Positions 56,357 through 64,000 of a DNA stretch of 64,000 nucleotides are shown one piece after another. The stretch comes from Bacteroidales bacterium (GTDB lineage Bacteria > Bacteroidota > Bacteroidia > Bacteroidales > VadinHA17), in assembly GCA_025454755.1 (NCBI GenBank), contig JALONV010000003.1:3158-67157 (forward strand), in the 5' to 3' direction. How positions within the stretch are numbered: the stretch's first letter is position 1; every line of letters begins with the position of its first letter. Below the pieces are notes generated by a model. The model did not search any database. It worked only from the letters and a program-made list of their open reading frames with translations, and was not told the origin of the DNA. The translations under genes and the position numbers were made by a program.

Positions 56357-57487
56357 ATGAAATTTGTAGTGTCCAGCACTGAGCTTCTTGGTCATCTGCA
56401 GGCCATCAGCAGGGTAATCAGTTCGAAGAATACACTTCCTATTCTTGATAATTTCTTATTTAACCTGAGCGGAAATGATCTTGAGATAACCGCATCCGAT
56501 CTTGAGTCGACGCTTATAACCAGGATGAAACTGGAGAATACACAGGGCGACGGAATGATTGCCCTCCCGGCAAGGATACTGCTCGACACTCTAAAGGAGT
56601 TCTCAGCTCAGCCGCTTACATTCGATATCAACATCGACACAATGGCAGTGGTTATAAGCTCAGAAAACGGTAAATTCAATGTCATGGGACAGAACGGAGT
56701 CGATTTTCCGGCACTGCCCTCAATTAAGAAAGATAAAAAGTTCTCTTTCACCATCAATGCCGATATCATGCTTGCGGGCATAAGCAAGACTCTCTTTGCT
56801 ACTGCCGACGATGAGCTCCGTCCCGTAATGGGAGGGATCTTCATTGAAGCATCAACCGACAAAATAACTTTTGTGGCTTCCGATGCCCATAAGCTGGTGA
56901 GATATCAGAGAAGCGACGCTCATGCCGATGACAATGCTTCATTCATTCTTCCGAAAAAGCCGGCATCGCTCCTGAAAAACATTCTTCCCCGCGAAGAGGG
57001 TCCTTTTAAAGTGGAATTCGATGATAAAAATGCATTCTTCAACCTTAATGAATATAAAGTAGTATGCCGCCTTGTTGAAGGCAATTACCCTAATTACAAT
57101 TCAGTCATTCCAAAGAATAATCCACGGAAGATCACCATCGACAGGGTTGAGTTTTACAACACGCTTAAGAGAGTGTCCGTGTTCTCTAACCAGGCAAGCA
57201 ACCTGGTGAAGCTTCAGCTCAAGGGCAACCAGGTGACTGTGTCAGCCCAGGATATCGACTTTTCAATTTCGGCATATGAAAGGATAAAATGCCAGTATGA
57301 AGGAGAAGAGATTGAAATCGGATTCAAGTCGGTATTTCTTCTTGAGATACTTGCAAATATAGCTTCACAGGATGTCATGATAGAGCTTGCTGATCCTACA
57401 AGGGCTGGACTCTTCCTGCCTGCTGAAGCGGAGAATGAGGCCGAGGATTTGCTTATGCTCCTTATGCCGATGATGATAAATGCCTGA
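56357..57487 (+). CDS. dnaN: DNA polymerase III beta sliding clamp
   Basis: LPILDN, ASDLE, RPVMGG, ASDAHKL, RLVEGNYPNY..VIP, LLMPM. Confidence 0.97.
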   Translation: MKFVVSSTELLGHLQAISRVISSKNTLPILDNFLFNLSGNDLEITASDLESTLITRMKLENTQGDGMIALPARILLDTLKEFSAQPLTFDINIDTMAVVISSENGKFNVMGQNGVDFPALPSIKKDKKFSFTINADIMLAGISKTLFATADDELRPVMGGIFIEASTDKITFVASDAHKLVRYQRSDAHADDNASFILPKKPASLLKNILPREEGPFKVEFDDKNAFFNLNEYKVVCRLVEGNYPNYNSVIPKNNPRKITIDRVEFYNTLKRVSVFSNQASNLVKLQLKGNQVTVSAQDIDFSISAYERIKCQYEGEEIEIGFKSVFLLEILANIASQDVMIELADPTRAGLFLPAEAENEAEDLLMLLMPMMINA

Positions 57488-57489
57488 TA

Positions 57490-58266
57490 TTGGAACTAAA
57501 GCTTAAACGTCCAATTGTCTTCCTCGATCTCGAAACTACAGGTCTGAATGTTTCGTCCGACCGTATTGTGGAGATCTCATTCCTGAAGATAAATCCGAAT
57601 GGAAAAGAGCAGCGGATGACCACACTGGTCAATCCCGAAATGCCTATTCCACCGAAGGTTACGGCTTTGCACGGCATATCTGACGCCGATGTTGCAAATG
57701 CTCCTGCATTCAAAGAGATCGCAAAGAACCTGGCTGCATTTATGGAAGGTTGCGACCTTGCCGGGTATAATGCCATCAAATTCGATATCCCCGTGCTTGC
57801 CGAAGAGTTTCTCCGCACAAACAATGATTTTAATTTCAGGAAGAGGAAGTATGTAGATGTTCAGGTGATCTTTCATAAGAAGGAACAGCGAACACTGGCT
57901 GCTGCGTACCAGTTCTATTGCAAAAAAGAACTTAAGAATGCTCATACTGCGGAAGCCGATACTATTGCGACCTATGAAGTGCTGAAGTCGCAGCTCGACA
58001 TGTATCGCGATCTTGAGAATGATATCGAGAAGCTCTCGGAGTTCAGTTCATTCAATAACAATGCCGACTTTGCAGGCCGGATTATTATTGATGAGAATGG
58101 GATTGAAATATTCAATTTCGGAAAGCATAAAGGACGATCTGTTGAAGCTGTTTTCAGGGAGGAGCCATCCTATTACGCCTGGATGATGAACGGCGACTTT
58201 CCGCTTTATACAAAAAAAGTTCTTACAGAGATCAAGCTGAGAGCCTTCGGCAACAATAAAAGCTGA
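57490..58266 (+). CDS. DEDDh 3'-5' exonuclease (DnaQ/epsilon-like)
   Basis: DLETTG, GYN..KFD, AHTAEAD, C-terminal FGKHKG. Confidence 0.9.
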   Translation: MELKLKRPIVFLDLETTGLNVSSDRIVEISFLKINPNGKEQRMTTLVNPEMPIPPKVTALHGISDADVANAPAFKEIAKNLAAFMEGCDLAGYNAIKFDIPVLAEEFLRTNNDFNFRKRKYVDVQVIFHKKEQRTLAAAYQFYCKKELKNAHTAEADTIATYEVLKSQLDMYRDLENDIEKLSEFSSFNNNADFAGRIIIDENGIEIFNFGKHKGRSVEAVFREEPSYYAWMMNGDFPLYTKKVLTEIKLRAFGNNKS

Positions 58267-58267
58267 T

Positions 58268-58879
58268 ATGAAGATTATTTGCATAGGTCTCAACTACCGC
58301 AAACATGCAATGGAGCTTGGGAGGCCGCTGCCTGTGGAGCCGGTGGTGTTCCTGAAACCGGATTCCTCTGTACTCAGGAACAATAAGCCCTTTTTTCTTC
58401 CGGGTTTTTCGTCGATGATCCATTATGAAGTAGAAGTTGTTATAAAGATCAGCAAATTGGGGAAGGGTATTTCTCCAAAATTCGCACACCGATATTATGA
58501 TGAACTGACCCTTGGGATCGACATCACGGCACGTGATATTCAGAACCGCAACTCGGCTGCCGGACTTCCATGGGAACTGGCAAAGTGTTTCGATGGAGCA
58601 GCACCGCTGGGGCGATTTGTACCTGTAAGTTCAATTGCTGACATGAACAGCATCGACTTCAGGCTGGAGATAAATGATAAGATTGTACAGCAGGGAAATA
58701 CTTCCGATATGATCTTCAGCATCAGCGAAATTGTAGCCTATGTATCTAAATTTTTTACTCTGAAAACCGGCGATCTGATCTTTACAGGCACACCTGCGGG
58801 GGTAGGACCTCTAAGGAAGAATGATAATTTAGTGGCTTATCTCGGGGATGAGCCTTTGCTTGATATGATGATTAAATAA
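58268..58879 (+). CDS. Fumarylacetoacetate hydrolase family protein
   Basis: KIICIGLNY..H, FLKP, HYEVE, DITARD, GDLIFTGTP.GVG. Confidence 0.92.
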   Translation: MKIICIGLNYRKHAMELGRPLPVEPVVFLKPDSSVLRNNKPFFLPGFSSMIHYEVEVVIKISKLGKGISPKFAHRYYDELTLGIDITARDIQNRNSAAGLPWELAKCFDGAAPLGRFVPVSSIADMNSIDFRLEINDKIVQQGNTSDMIFSISEIVAYVSKFFTLKTGDLIFTGTPAGVGPLRKNDNLVAYLGDEPLLDMMIK

Positions 58880-58885
58880 TTACAT

Positions 58886-59674
58886 CTACTCACCACATTC
58901 TCTGCTGATCACCTCTTTCGCTTTCTCTTTGTAGAAATCTCCTGCAAGATTATATTTTACAAGAAGTACATCTATAAAGTCAAGTGCTTTCCTTACTGTC
59001 TGCGACCTTCTGCGGTGAAGATGACCTTTTACAGGGTGAGTATTGAGAAATGAGGGGCCACTGTGCTTCCATGAAAACCATGGCATCATAAGTCCCAGCG
59101 CATTCATCCATGCATAAAATCTTGTTGTGCTGCCGACACCGTTTGCGTTGTCATCTTCATCCTGCAGCTCATCATGTACCAACTTTCCAAGATGACCTCT
59201 TTTCTGATAAGATTTCAGCAGTTTGAAAAGTTCCGATTCTGTCGATACCATGCAGGCTCCAAGGGCAAGATGGAAAGGCTTTTTGAACAGGAGCTTTTCC
59301 CTGTTCTTCTCAGCCAGGTAGCAGGCAGTCTGCGCCGCAACTACGCTTCCGGAGCTCGAAGACACCATAATCATTTGTGTGTCAGGAGTATAACCATAAG
59401 ATATGAGCTGATTGAATGCACGGTCAGTAATCCTGTTCCTCCCGGGATTCATGATGGGCTTCTGTGAATGATTCAAAGCCCATGCAACATTCATAATGCT
59501 GGTTTTAAAATATACTCCCTTTATTAATTCGAATTCATTACCCATTATTTCTTTCATGAGCCTTATGAACGAACCGGTAAAGACATTGAACTTATTGTCA
59601 TCTGTCTCTCCGCCGGCAAAGAACCAGACCATGGTCTTCCTGTTCACTTTTTCTGAATATTGATCTGATGACAT
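58886..59674 (-). CDS. Hypothetical protein, possibly alpha/beta-hydrolase fold
   Basis: Long ORF with FFAGG and MVSSSSGSVVAAQ (nucleophile-elbow-like). Start moved to ATG 59674 because TAAATTTG at 59693-59700 overlaps the TTG start. Confidence 0.6.
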   Translation of the reverse strand: MSSDQYSEKVNRKTMVWFFAGGETDDNKFNVFTGSFIRLMKEIMGNEFELIKGVYFKTSIMNVAWALNHSQKPIMNPGRNRITDRAFNQLISYGYTPDTQMIMVSSSSGSVVAAQTACYLAEKNREKLLFKKPFHLALGACMVSTESELFKLLKSYQKRGHLGKLVHDELQDEDDNANGVGSTTRFYAWMNALGLMMPWFSWKHSGPSFLNTHPVKGHLHRRRSQTVRKALDFIDVLLVKYNLAGDFYKEKAKEVISRECGE

Positions 59675-59747
59675 AATACTAATTGAAGTCTGCAAATTTA
59701 AAAGCCCTAAAGATAAAAAGAAAATGATAATTCAGTGATCAGCTCAA

Positions 59748-59876
59748 ATGCTTATTCCTACAGGGCGTACGCTTTATTTCAATCCGAAAACTGAAAAATT
59801 TGTCAAGGACAAAGAAGCGGATAAATATCTGAAACATCCGCAGCGCAAGCCTTTTATAGTGCCTCACGAGGTTTAA
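59748..59876 (+). pseudogene. Orphan C-terminal fragment of a Gfo/Idh/MocA-type oxidoreductase, 42 aa
   Basis: MLIPTGRTLYFNPKTEKFVKDKEADKYLKHPQRKPFIVPHEV* resembles the GRxLxFDPxxExFxxDxEAxxxL...RKPF C-terminal tail of Bacteroidota Gfo/Idh/MocA proteins. Confidence 0.55.
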
Positions 59877-61465
59877 TCTGTTACCAGGTATTCCGGTGCT
59901 TTTCGATATTGGGTTGCCTGCTCATACGAGTATGCAACTTCTATTAAGAGGGGTTCGCTCCAGGCTCTTCCCACAAAGGTGATCCCAACGGGAAGATCAT
60001 CAATGAATCCCATTGGTATGGTTATGGCCGGGTACCCTGCAATAGCTGCGAGTGAAGAGCTTCCTCCTACATAATGATCGCCGTTGAGCAGATCGGTTTT
60101 CCAGGCAGGAGATCCGGTTGGCAGAATTATTGCATCAAGGCCGGCGGCATTCATCATTTTGTCAATGCCCTCATCCCTTGTGGCTTTACGGCACTTTTCA
60201 ATAGCGATAAGATATTCAGGAGAATTAAGGTCTCCTTTCTTTTCTGCATCGATTAATATCTTCTGATCGAAATACCTGAGTTCTACAGTGTCTTTCTTGT
60301 TGAATTCAATAAGATCCTTAATGGTTTTTACCGGCGCATTTTCACCAAGTCCTGCAAAGTACTTATTAAGTCCATCCTTGAATTCAAAGAGCAATACCTG
60401 TAATTCTGCGTCTTCATATTCCCTGCGTGCGGGAGCTTCCACTTCAACTAATTCAGCCCCAAGCGCCGCCATGCGTTTTATCGCCCTGATCATCAAAGAG
60501 TCAACCTTGTTGTTAAATCCGCCTGAGTTTTTGACAATCCCGATCCTCTTTCCTTTCATTCCGTCGGCTTTCAGGAATTTTGTATAGTCAGTCAGGAATC
60601 TGCCTTCGGATGCCAGGGTTTTTGCATCATGCAGATCCACACCGGTCATTGCGCCCAGACAGAAAGCGGCGTCTTCAACTGTACGGCACATAGGTCCGGG
60701 TGTATCCTGAGTATATGAAATAGGTATTATCCCGGTGCGGCTCAGCAGTCCGACTGTCGGTTTGATACCAACTACCCCGCAGTTATTTGAGGGACAAACT
60801 ATGGAACCATCTGTCTCGGTTCCCACGGCTGCCATGCACAGGTTAGCCGATACAGCGACTCCTGATCCTGAACTTGAACCGCACGGATTTCTGTCAAGTA
60901 CATATGGATTTCTAGTCTGGCCTCCAACTCCGCTCCATCCGCTTGAAGAGACATAGGCACGGAAATTTGCCCACTCGCTCAGATTAGCCTTTGCTATGAT
61001 CACTGCTCCTGCTTCCCTGAGCTTCGCGGCAATATAGCTGTCTTTGGCTGCATATGAATCCCGAAGCGCGGTTGCACCTGCCGTGGTTGGCATATTGTCT
61101 TCTGTATCAATGTTATCCTTAAGAATTACAGGAACGCCATGGAGAGGTCCCCTGATCTTCCCTTCAGCCATCTCCCTGTCGAGCTCTTCTGCTATTTCTA
61201 TTGCGTCGGGATTGATCTTTATTACTGAATTCAGCGACGGACCATCCATGTCAATGGCTATTATCCTGTCGAGGTATGCAGAGACGACATCTGCTATTGA
61301 ATACTTTTCATCCCTGTAGCCCTGCTGCAGTTCTGATATTGTCATTTCCAGAAGCCATTCATGTATTTCTGATTTCTGTACATTGCCGGCAGGTGACTGA
61401 CATGCCAGAAATATTGAATTAAGGGTGATGAACCAGATCAGAATCCTGAATATCAGTTTTTTCAT
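59873..61465 (-). CDS. Amidase-signature family amidase, probable lipoprotein
   Basis: GPLHGVPVILKDN, GSSSGS, GTETDGS, GIKPT. Lipobox-like FLAC. Confidence 0.9.
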   Translation of the reverse strand: MKKLIFRILIWFITLNSIFLACQSPAGNVQKSEIHEWLLEMTISELQQGYRDEKYSIADVVSAYLDRIIAIDMDGPSLNSVIKINPDAIEIAEELDREMAEGKIRGPLHGVPVILKDNIDTEDNMPTTAGATALRDSYAAKDSYIAAKLREAGAVIIAKANLSEWANFRAYVSSSGWSGVGGQTRNPYVLDRNPCGSSSGSGVAVSANLCMAAVGTETDGSIVCPSNNCGVVGIKPTVGLLSRTGIIPISYTQDTPGPMCRTVEDAAFCLGAMTGVDLHDAKTLASEGRFLTDYTKFLKADGMKGKRIGIVKNSGGFNNKVDSLMIRAIKRMAALGAELVEVEAPARREYEDAELQVLLFEFKDGLNKYFAGLGENAPVKTIKDLIEFNKKDTVELRYFDQKILIDAEKKGDLNSPEYLIAIEKCRKATRDEGIDKMMNAAGLDAIILPTGSPAWKTDLLNGDHYVGGSSSLAAIAGYPAITIPMGFIDDLPVGITFVGRAWSEPLLIEVAYSYEQATQYRKAPEYLVTD

Positions 61466-61533
61466 AACAGTTAAATTTTATTAATGATAACTTGTCCTTA
61501 TCATGTAAATTTATGATAATTCGTCGTTTTTAA

Positions 61534-61541
61534 TATATTTG
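61534..61541 (+). promoter_or_regulatory. -7 promoter element (TATATTTG) for the xdhC operon
   Basis: Exact TAnnTTTG about 30 nt upstream of the ATG. Confidence 0.55.
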
Positions 61542-61570
61542 TTTTATACCAAACTTCCGTTCAGGATATC

Positions 61571-62635
61571 ATGAAAAACATTTATCTGAAATTACTTGAA
61601 ATTGAGAGTGAAGGTCAGGGATTCATTCTCGCAACCGTTACCGGAACCGTTGGTTCAACTCCTCAAAAACCGGGAAGTTCTGCTATCTTTCAGGATAACA
61701 GGCTAATTGCGGGGACAGTCGGCGGAGGAATCGTTGAGGGTAAAGTTCAGGAGGCTGCTGGCAAATGCTTATTGTCAGGCAAGTCCGGATTGCTTCATCT
61801 TTTGCTTAACAGTGAAATTTCTGAGAAAGAAGGAGCAATATGTGGCGGAGAAGTAGATATTCTGATAGATGCAAATCCGCAAATGCATTTCTCTGTTTTC
61901 AGGGATATGAAAAAATCGCTTGCAAACAGGGAACCGGGTGTGCTTTTAACGATGGTTACTCAATATGCTGAGGATCATGTTCTTGTCAACCGCTACTGGA
62001 CGACCGGAAAGGTAAGACCGGCGATCCCTCCGGAGTTTCTTGAGCGGATTGAACCTGAAGTAAAACGTATTCTTGCTTCGGCTGATAAGGATAATTTCAG
62101 CAGGATGGAGCTTTCCATTCCCGGTGAGGAGCCATCCTCAGTATTCTTCCTGGAACCTTTATTCCCGATGCCAAAGCTTATAATTGCGGGTGCCGGACAT
62201 ATTGGCAAAGCATTATCGCATCTTGGAAAAATTATCGGTTTTGAAGTAACTGTCATCGACGACCGCGGTGATTTTGCCAATGCGGTCAATCTGCCGGATG
62301 CCGATCATATTATTGTGAAGGATATTGGCACAGCTATGTCCGGGCTTATTAAGGATTCTGATACTTATATTGTAATTGTAACACGTGGACATACTGATGA
62401 TGCAAATGCATTAAAACCCTGCATTGGATCAGGTGCGGCTTATGTAGGAATGATAGGCAGCAACTCTAAAGTAGCCAGGATGAAAGCCGAATTCCTTGAG
62501 AAGAAATGGTCGACCGGAGAGCAGTGGAACAGAATTCATACTCCCATCGGATTGGATATTAAATCGAAAACTGTGGAAGAGATCGCAATAAGCATTGCAG
62601 CGGAGTTGATACAGGTGAAAAACAGGAACAGATGA
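61571..62635 (+). CDS. xdhC: XdhC/CoxI family molybdoenzyme maturation factor
   Basis: GSTPQKPG, GTVGGG, ICGG, GAGHI, TRGH..D, YVGMIGS, PIGLDI, EEIAISI.AELI. Confidence 0.9.
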   Translation: MKNIYLKLLEIESEGQGFILATVTGTVGSTPQKPGSSAIFQDNRLIAGTVGGGIVEGKVQEAAGKCLLSGKSGLLHLLLNSEISEKEGAICGGEVDILIDANPQMHFSVFRDMKKSLANREPGVLLTMVTQYAEDHVLVNRYWTTGKVRPAIPPEFLERIEPEVKRILASADKDNFSRMELSIPGEEPSSVFFLEPLFPMPKLIIAGAGHIGKALSHLGKIIGFEVTVIDDRGDFANAVNLPDADHIIVKDIGTAMSGLIKDSDTYIVIVTRGHTDDANALKPCIGSGAAYVGMIGSNSKVARMKAEFLEKKWSTGEQWNRIHTPIGLDIKSKTVEEIAISIAAELIQVKNRNR

Positions 62636-62638
62636 GGG

Positions 62639-62670
62639 GATTGCTTCGTCACTTCGTTACTCGCAATGAC
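62639..62670 (-). repeat. REP-like GTCATTGCGAG-N9-GACGAAGCAATC element, minimal copy
   Basis: Reverse complement reads GTCATTGCGAGTAACGAAGTGACGAAGCAATC, with the same ends as 8774-8844. Confidence 0.8.
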
Positions 62671-62704
62671 AGTACCCTTTAAAATATTAACAGTAACCAG
62701 CAAC

Positions 62705-63295
62705 ATGTCATCTATCTGGGCCATAATCCTTGCAGCAGGGGAATCGAAGAGAATGAGGTTTCCCAAGATGCTTCTGCCTTTCAGGGGGACTACGATCATT
62801 GAACAGGTGATAGAAAATGCGATAAACTCACAGGTCGATGAGACGCTGGTGGTGCTTGGTGCAGAAAAGGATGAGATACAGAAGGCGATTGGAAACTGGC
62901 CTGTAAAACATTGTTATAATGAAAATTACAAAGAAGGTATGCTATCATCGGTAAAATGCGGATTCAGATTCCTGCCCCGTCACTTCGATGCTGCACTGGT
63001 TTTTCCCGGCGATCAACCGATGATTATGCCGGAGGTCATTGATATGGTTATCACGGCATTCAGGTATTCAGGGAAGGGAATCGTGGTGCCTGTTTTTAAT
63101 GGCAAACGAGGTCATCCTCTGCTTATAAGCCACAAATACCAGGAGGATATAACACTGCTCGATCCCGAAAAGGGGCTTAAGAGTCTTGCTCGTAAATATT
63201 ACGGCGACGTTCTTGAGGTTGAAGCCGGGACTGCCGATATTTTAAAGGATATTGATACTGAAGAAGATTATCGGGATGAACTTAGAAACATCTGA
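62705..63295 (+). CDS. Molybdenum cofactor cytidylyltransferase (MocA-like nucleotidyltransferase)
   Basis: ILAAGESKRM..PKMLL, GMLSS, GDQP, GHP, DIDT.EDY. Confidence 0.85.
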   Translation: MSSIWAIILAAGESKRMRFPKMLLPFRGTTIIEQVIENAINSQVDETLVVLGAEKDEIQKAIGNWPVKHCYNENYKEGMLSSVKCGFRFLPRHFDAALVFPGDQPMIMPEVIDMVITAFRYSGKGIVVPVFNGKRGHPLLISHKYQEDITLLDPEKGLKSLARKYYGDVLEVEAGTADILKDIDTEEDYRDELRNI

Positions 63296-63299
63296 AAAT

Positions 63300-63776
63300 A
63301 TGGAAGAGACTATTCGTTTTAAATTGAACGGCAAAAAGACCGAGTTGCGGACCGATCCCAGCCATACACTGATCTGGGTGCTGAGAAACGAGCTTGGACT
63401 TACAGGTACTAAATGGGGTTGCGGAACCGGGTTCTGCGGTGCGTGTACCGTGCTTATAGATGATGAACCGGCACGATCATGCTCACTCCCGGTAAGCGAT
63501 ATTGCAGGCAGGAAAGTGACCACTATTGAAGGACTGGAGAAGAAAGGCAAGCTGCACCCGGTGCAGAAGGCTTTTGTTGAACATGAAGCGCTTCAGTGCG
63601 GCTTCTGCACTCCCGGGATGGTGCTTACGTCAGTCAGCCTCCTGAAAAAAAATCCTTCGCCTGCACGACAGGAAATTATTGAGGCGCTTGAAGAGAACCT
63701 TTGCAGGTGCACGGCTCATGTCAGGATAATTGACGCTGTGATGGCTGCTGCAAAAGAAATGAAAGGAGGGAAGTAA
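63300..63776 (+). CDS. 2x[2Fe-2S] small subunit of a xanthine oxidase-family molybdoenzyme (IorA/CoxS-like)
   Basis: GTKWGCGTGFCGACTV, SC, TTIEGL, QCGFCTPG, NLCRC. Confidence 0.92.
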   Translation: MEETIRFKLNGKKTELRTDPSHTLIWVLRNELGLTGTKWGCGTGFCGACTVLIDDEPARSCSLPVSDIAGRKVTTIEGLEKKGKLHPVQKAFVEHEALQCGFCTPGMVLTSVSLLKKNPSPARQEIIEALEENLCRCTAHVRIIDAVMAAAKEMKGGK

Positions 63777-63778
63777 CC

Positions 63779-64000
63779 ATGAAAAAAAATGAAGAAAAAA
63801 CAACAAGACCTTCTGTGACCGATAAAGATTCAGGTATGAAGAGGAGAAGTTTTGTAAAACTCCTGGGAGGCGGGATCTTCATCTTCTTCCAGCCATGGAA
63901 TGTTATTGATATGCTCCCTGTTCCGCAGCAGCAGCAGAGAAGAACGCTTACAAAGGATTATAATGCATTCCTTCATATAGCAGAAGATGGTACAGTTACC
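63779..64000 (+). CDS. Molybdopterin-binding subunit (IorB-like) with Tat signal, truncated by window end
   Basis: MKKNEEK...MKRRSFVKLLGGGIFIFF...NAFLHIAEDGTVT. Frame is open to the window end. Confidence 0.75.
   Translation, partial: MKKNEEKTTRPSVTDKDSGMKRRSFVKLLGGGIFIFFQPWNVIDMLPVPQQQQRRTLTKDYNAFLHIAEDGTVT

Noticed and set aside
62666-62704. Upstream ATG start for the MocA-like gene
   Set aside because: That ATG lies within the CTCGCAATGAC repeat end, while ATG 62705 directly precedes the conserved AIILAAG motif.

Overview
A 64-kb chromosomal segment from an anaerobic Bacteroidota (Bacteroidales-like) bacterium. The taxon is inferred from gldF/gldG next to dnaN, a DUF3078-like protein, TAnnTTTG -7 promoter elements and A-rich start contexts. 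No rRNA, tRNA, CRISPR array, transposase or integrase was recognised. The centre (about 11.4-30.2 kb) is an unusual [FeFe]-hydrogenase locus. A leftward hfsABC-like operon encodes a 2Fe-2S protein, a PAS-containing sensory hydrogenase-like protein and a PP2C phosphatase. A rightward operon encodes a HydABC-like complex, a hydrogenase-histidine kinase fusion, a single-domain receiver, a receiver-kinase hybrid, Rex and a kinase-dead RibF. HydG, a tandem TM1266-like protein and HydE follow. None of the three hydrogenase-fold proteins has the canonical catalytic motifs. The HydA homologue keeps its Fe-S wire but has lost most of the proton-transfer path and several diiron-pocket residues, so the locus reads as a redox/H2 signalling system rather than an H2-evolving enzyme (inference). 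Rex-like palindromes overlap both divergent promoters. Next to it lies a peptide/amino-acid fermentation block (peptidases, ADP-forming acyl-CoA synthetase, aminotransferase, four-subunit 2-oxoacid:ferredoxin oxidoreductase) and a tryptophanase with a candidate Trp-containing leader peptide. The rest is housekeeping genes and the start of a molybdoenzyme (XdhC/MocA/IorAB-like) operon. Intergenic DNA carries many short tandem and REP-like palindromic repeats, some nested in each other and some translated as protein termini. Two gene remnants were also found. All protein calls come from motif recognition by eye; no database search was run.
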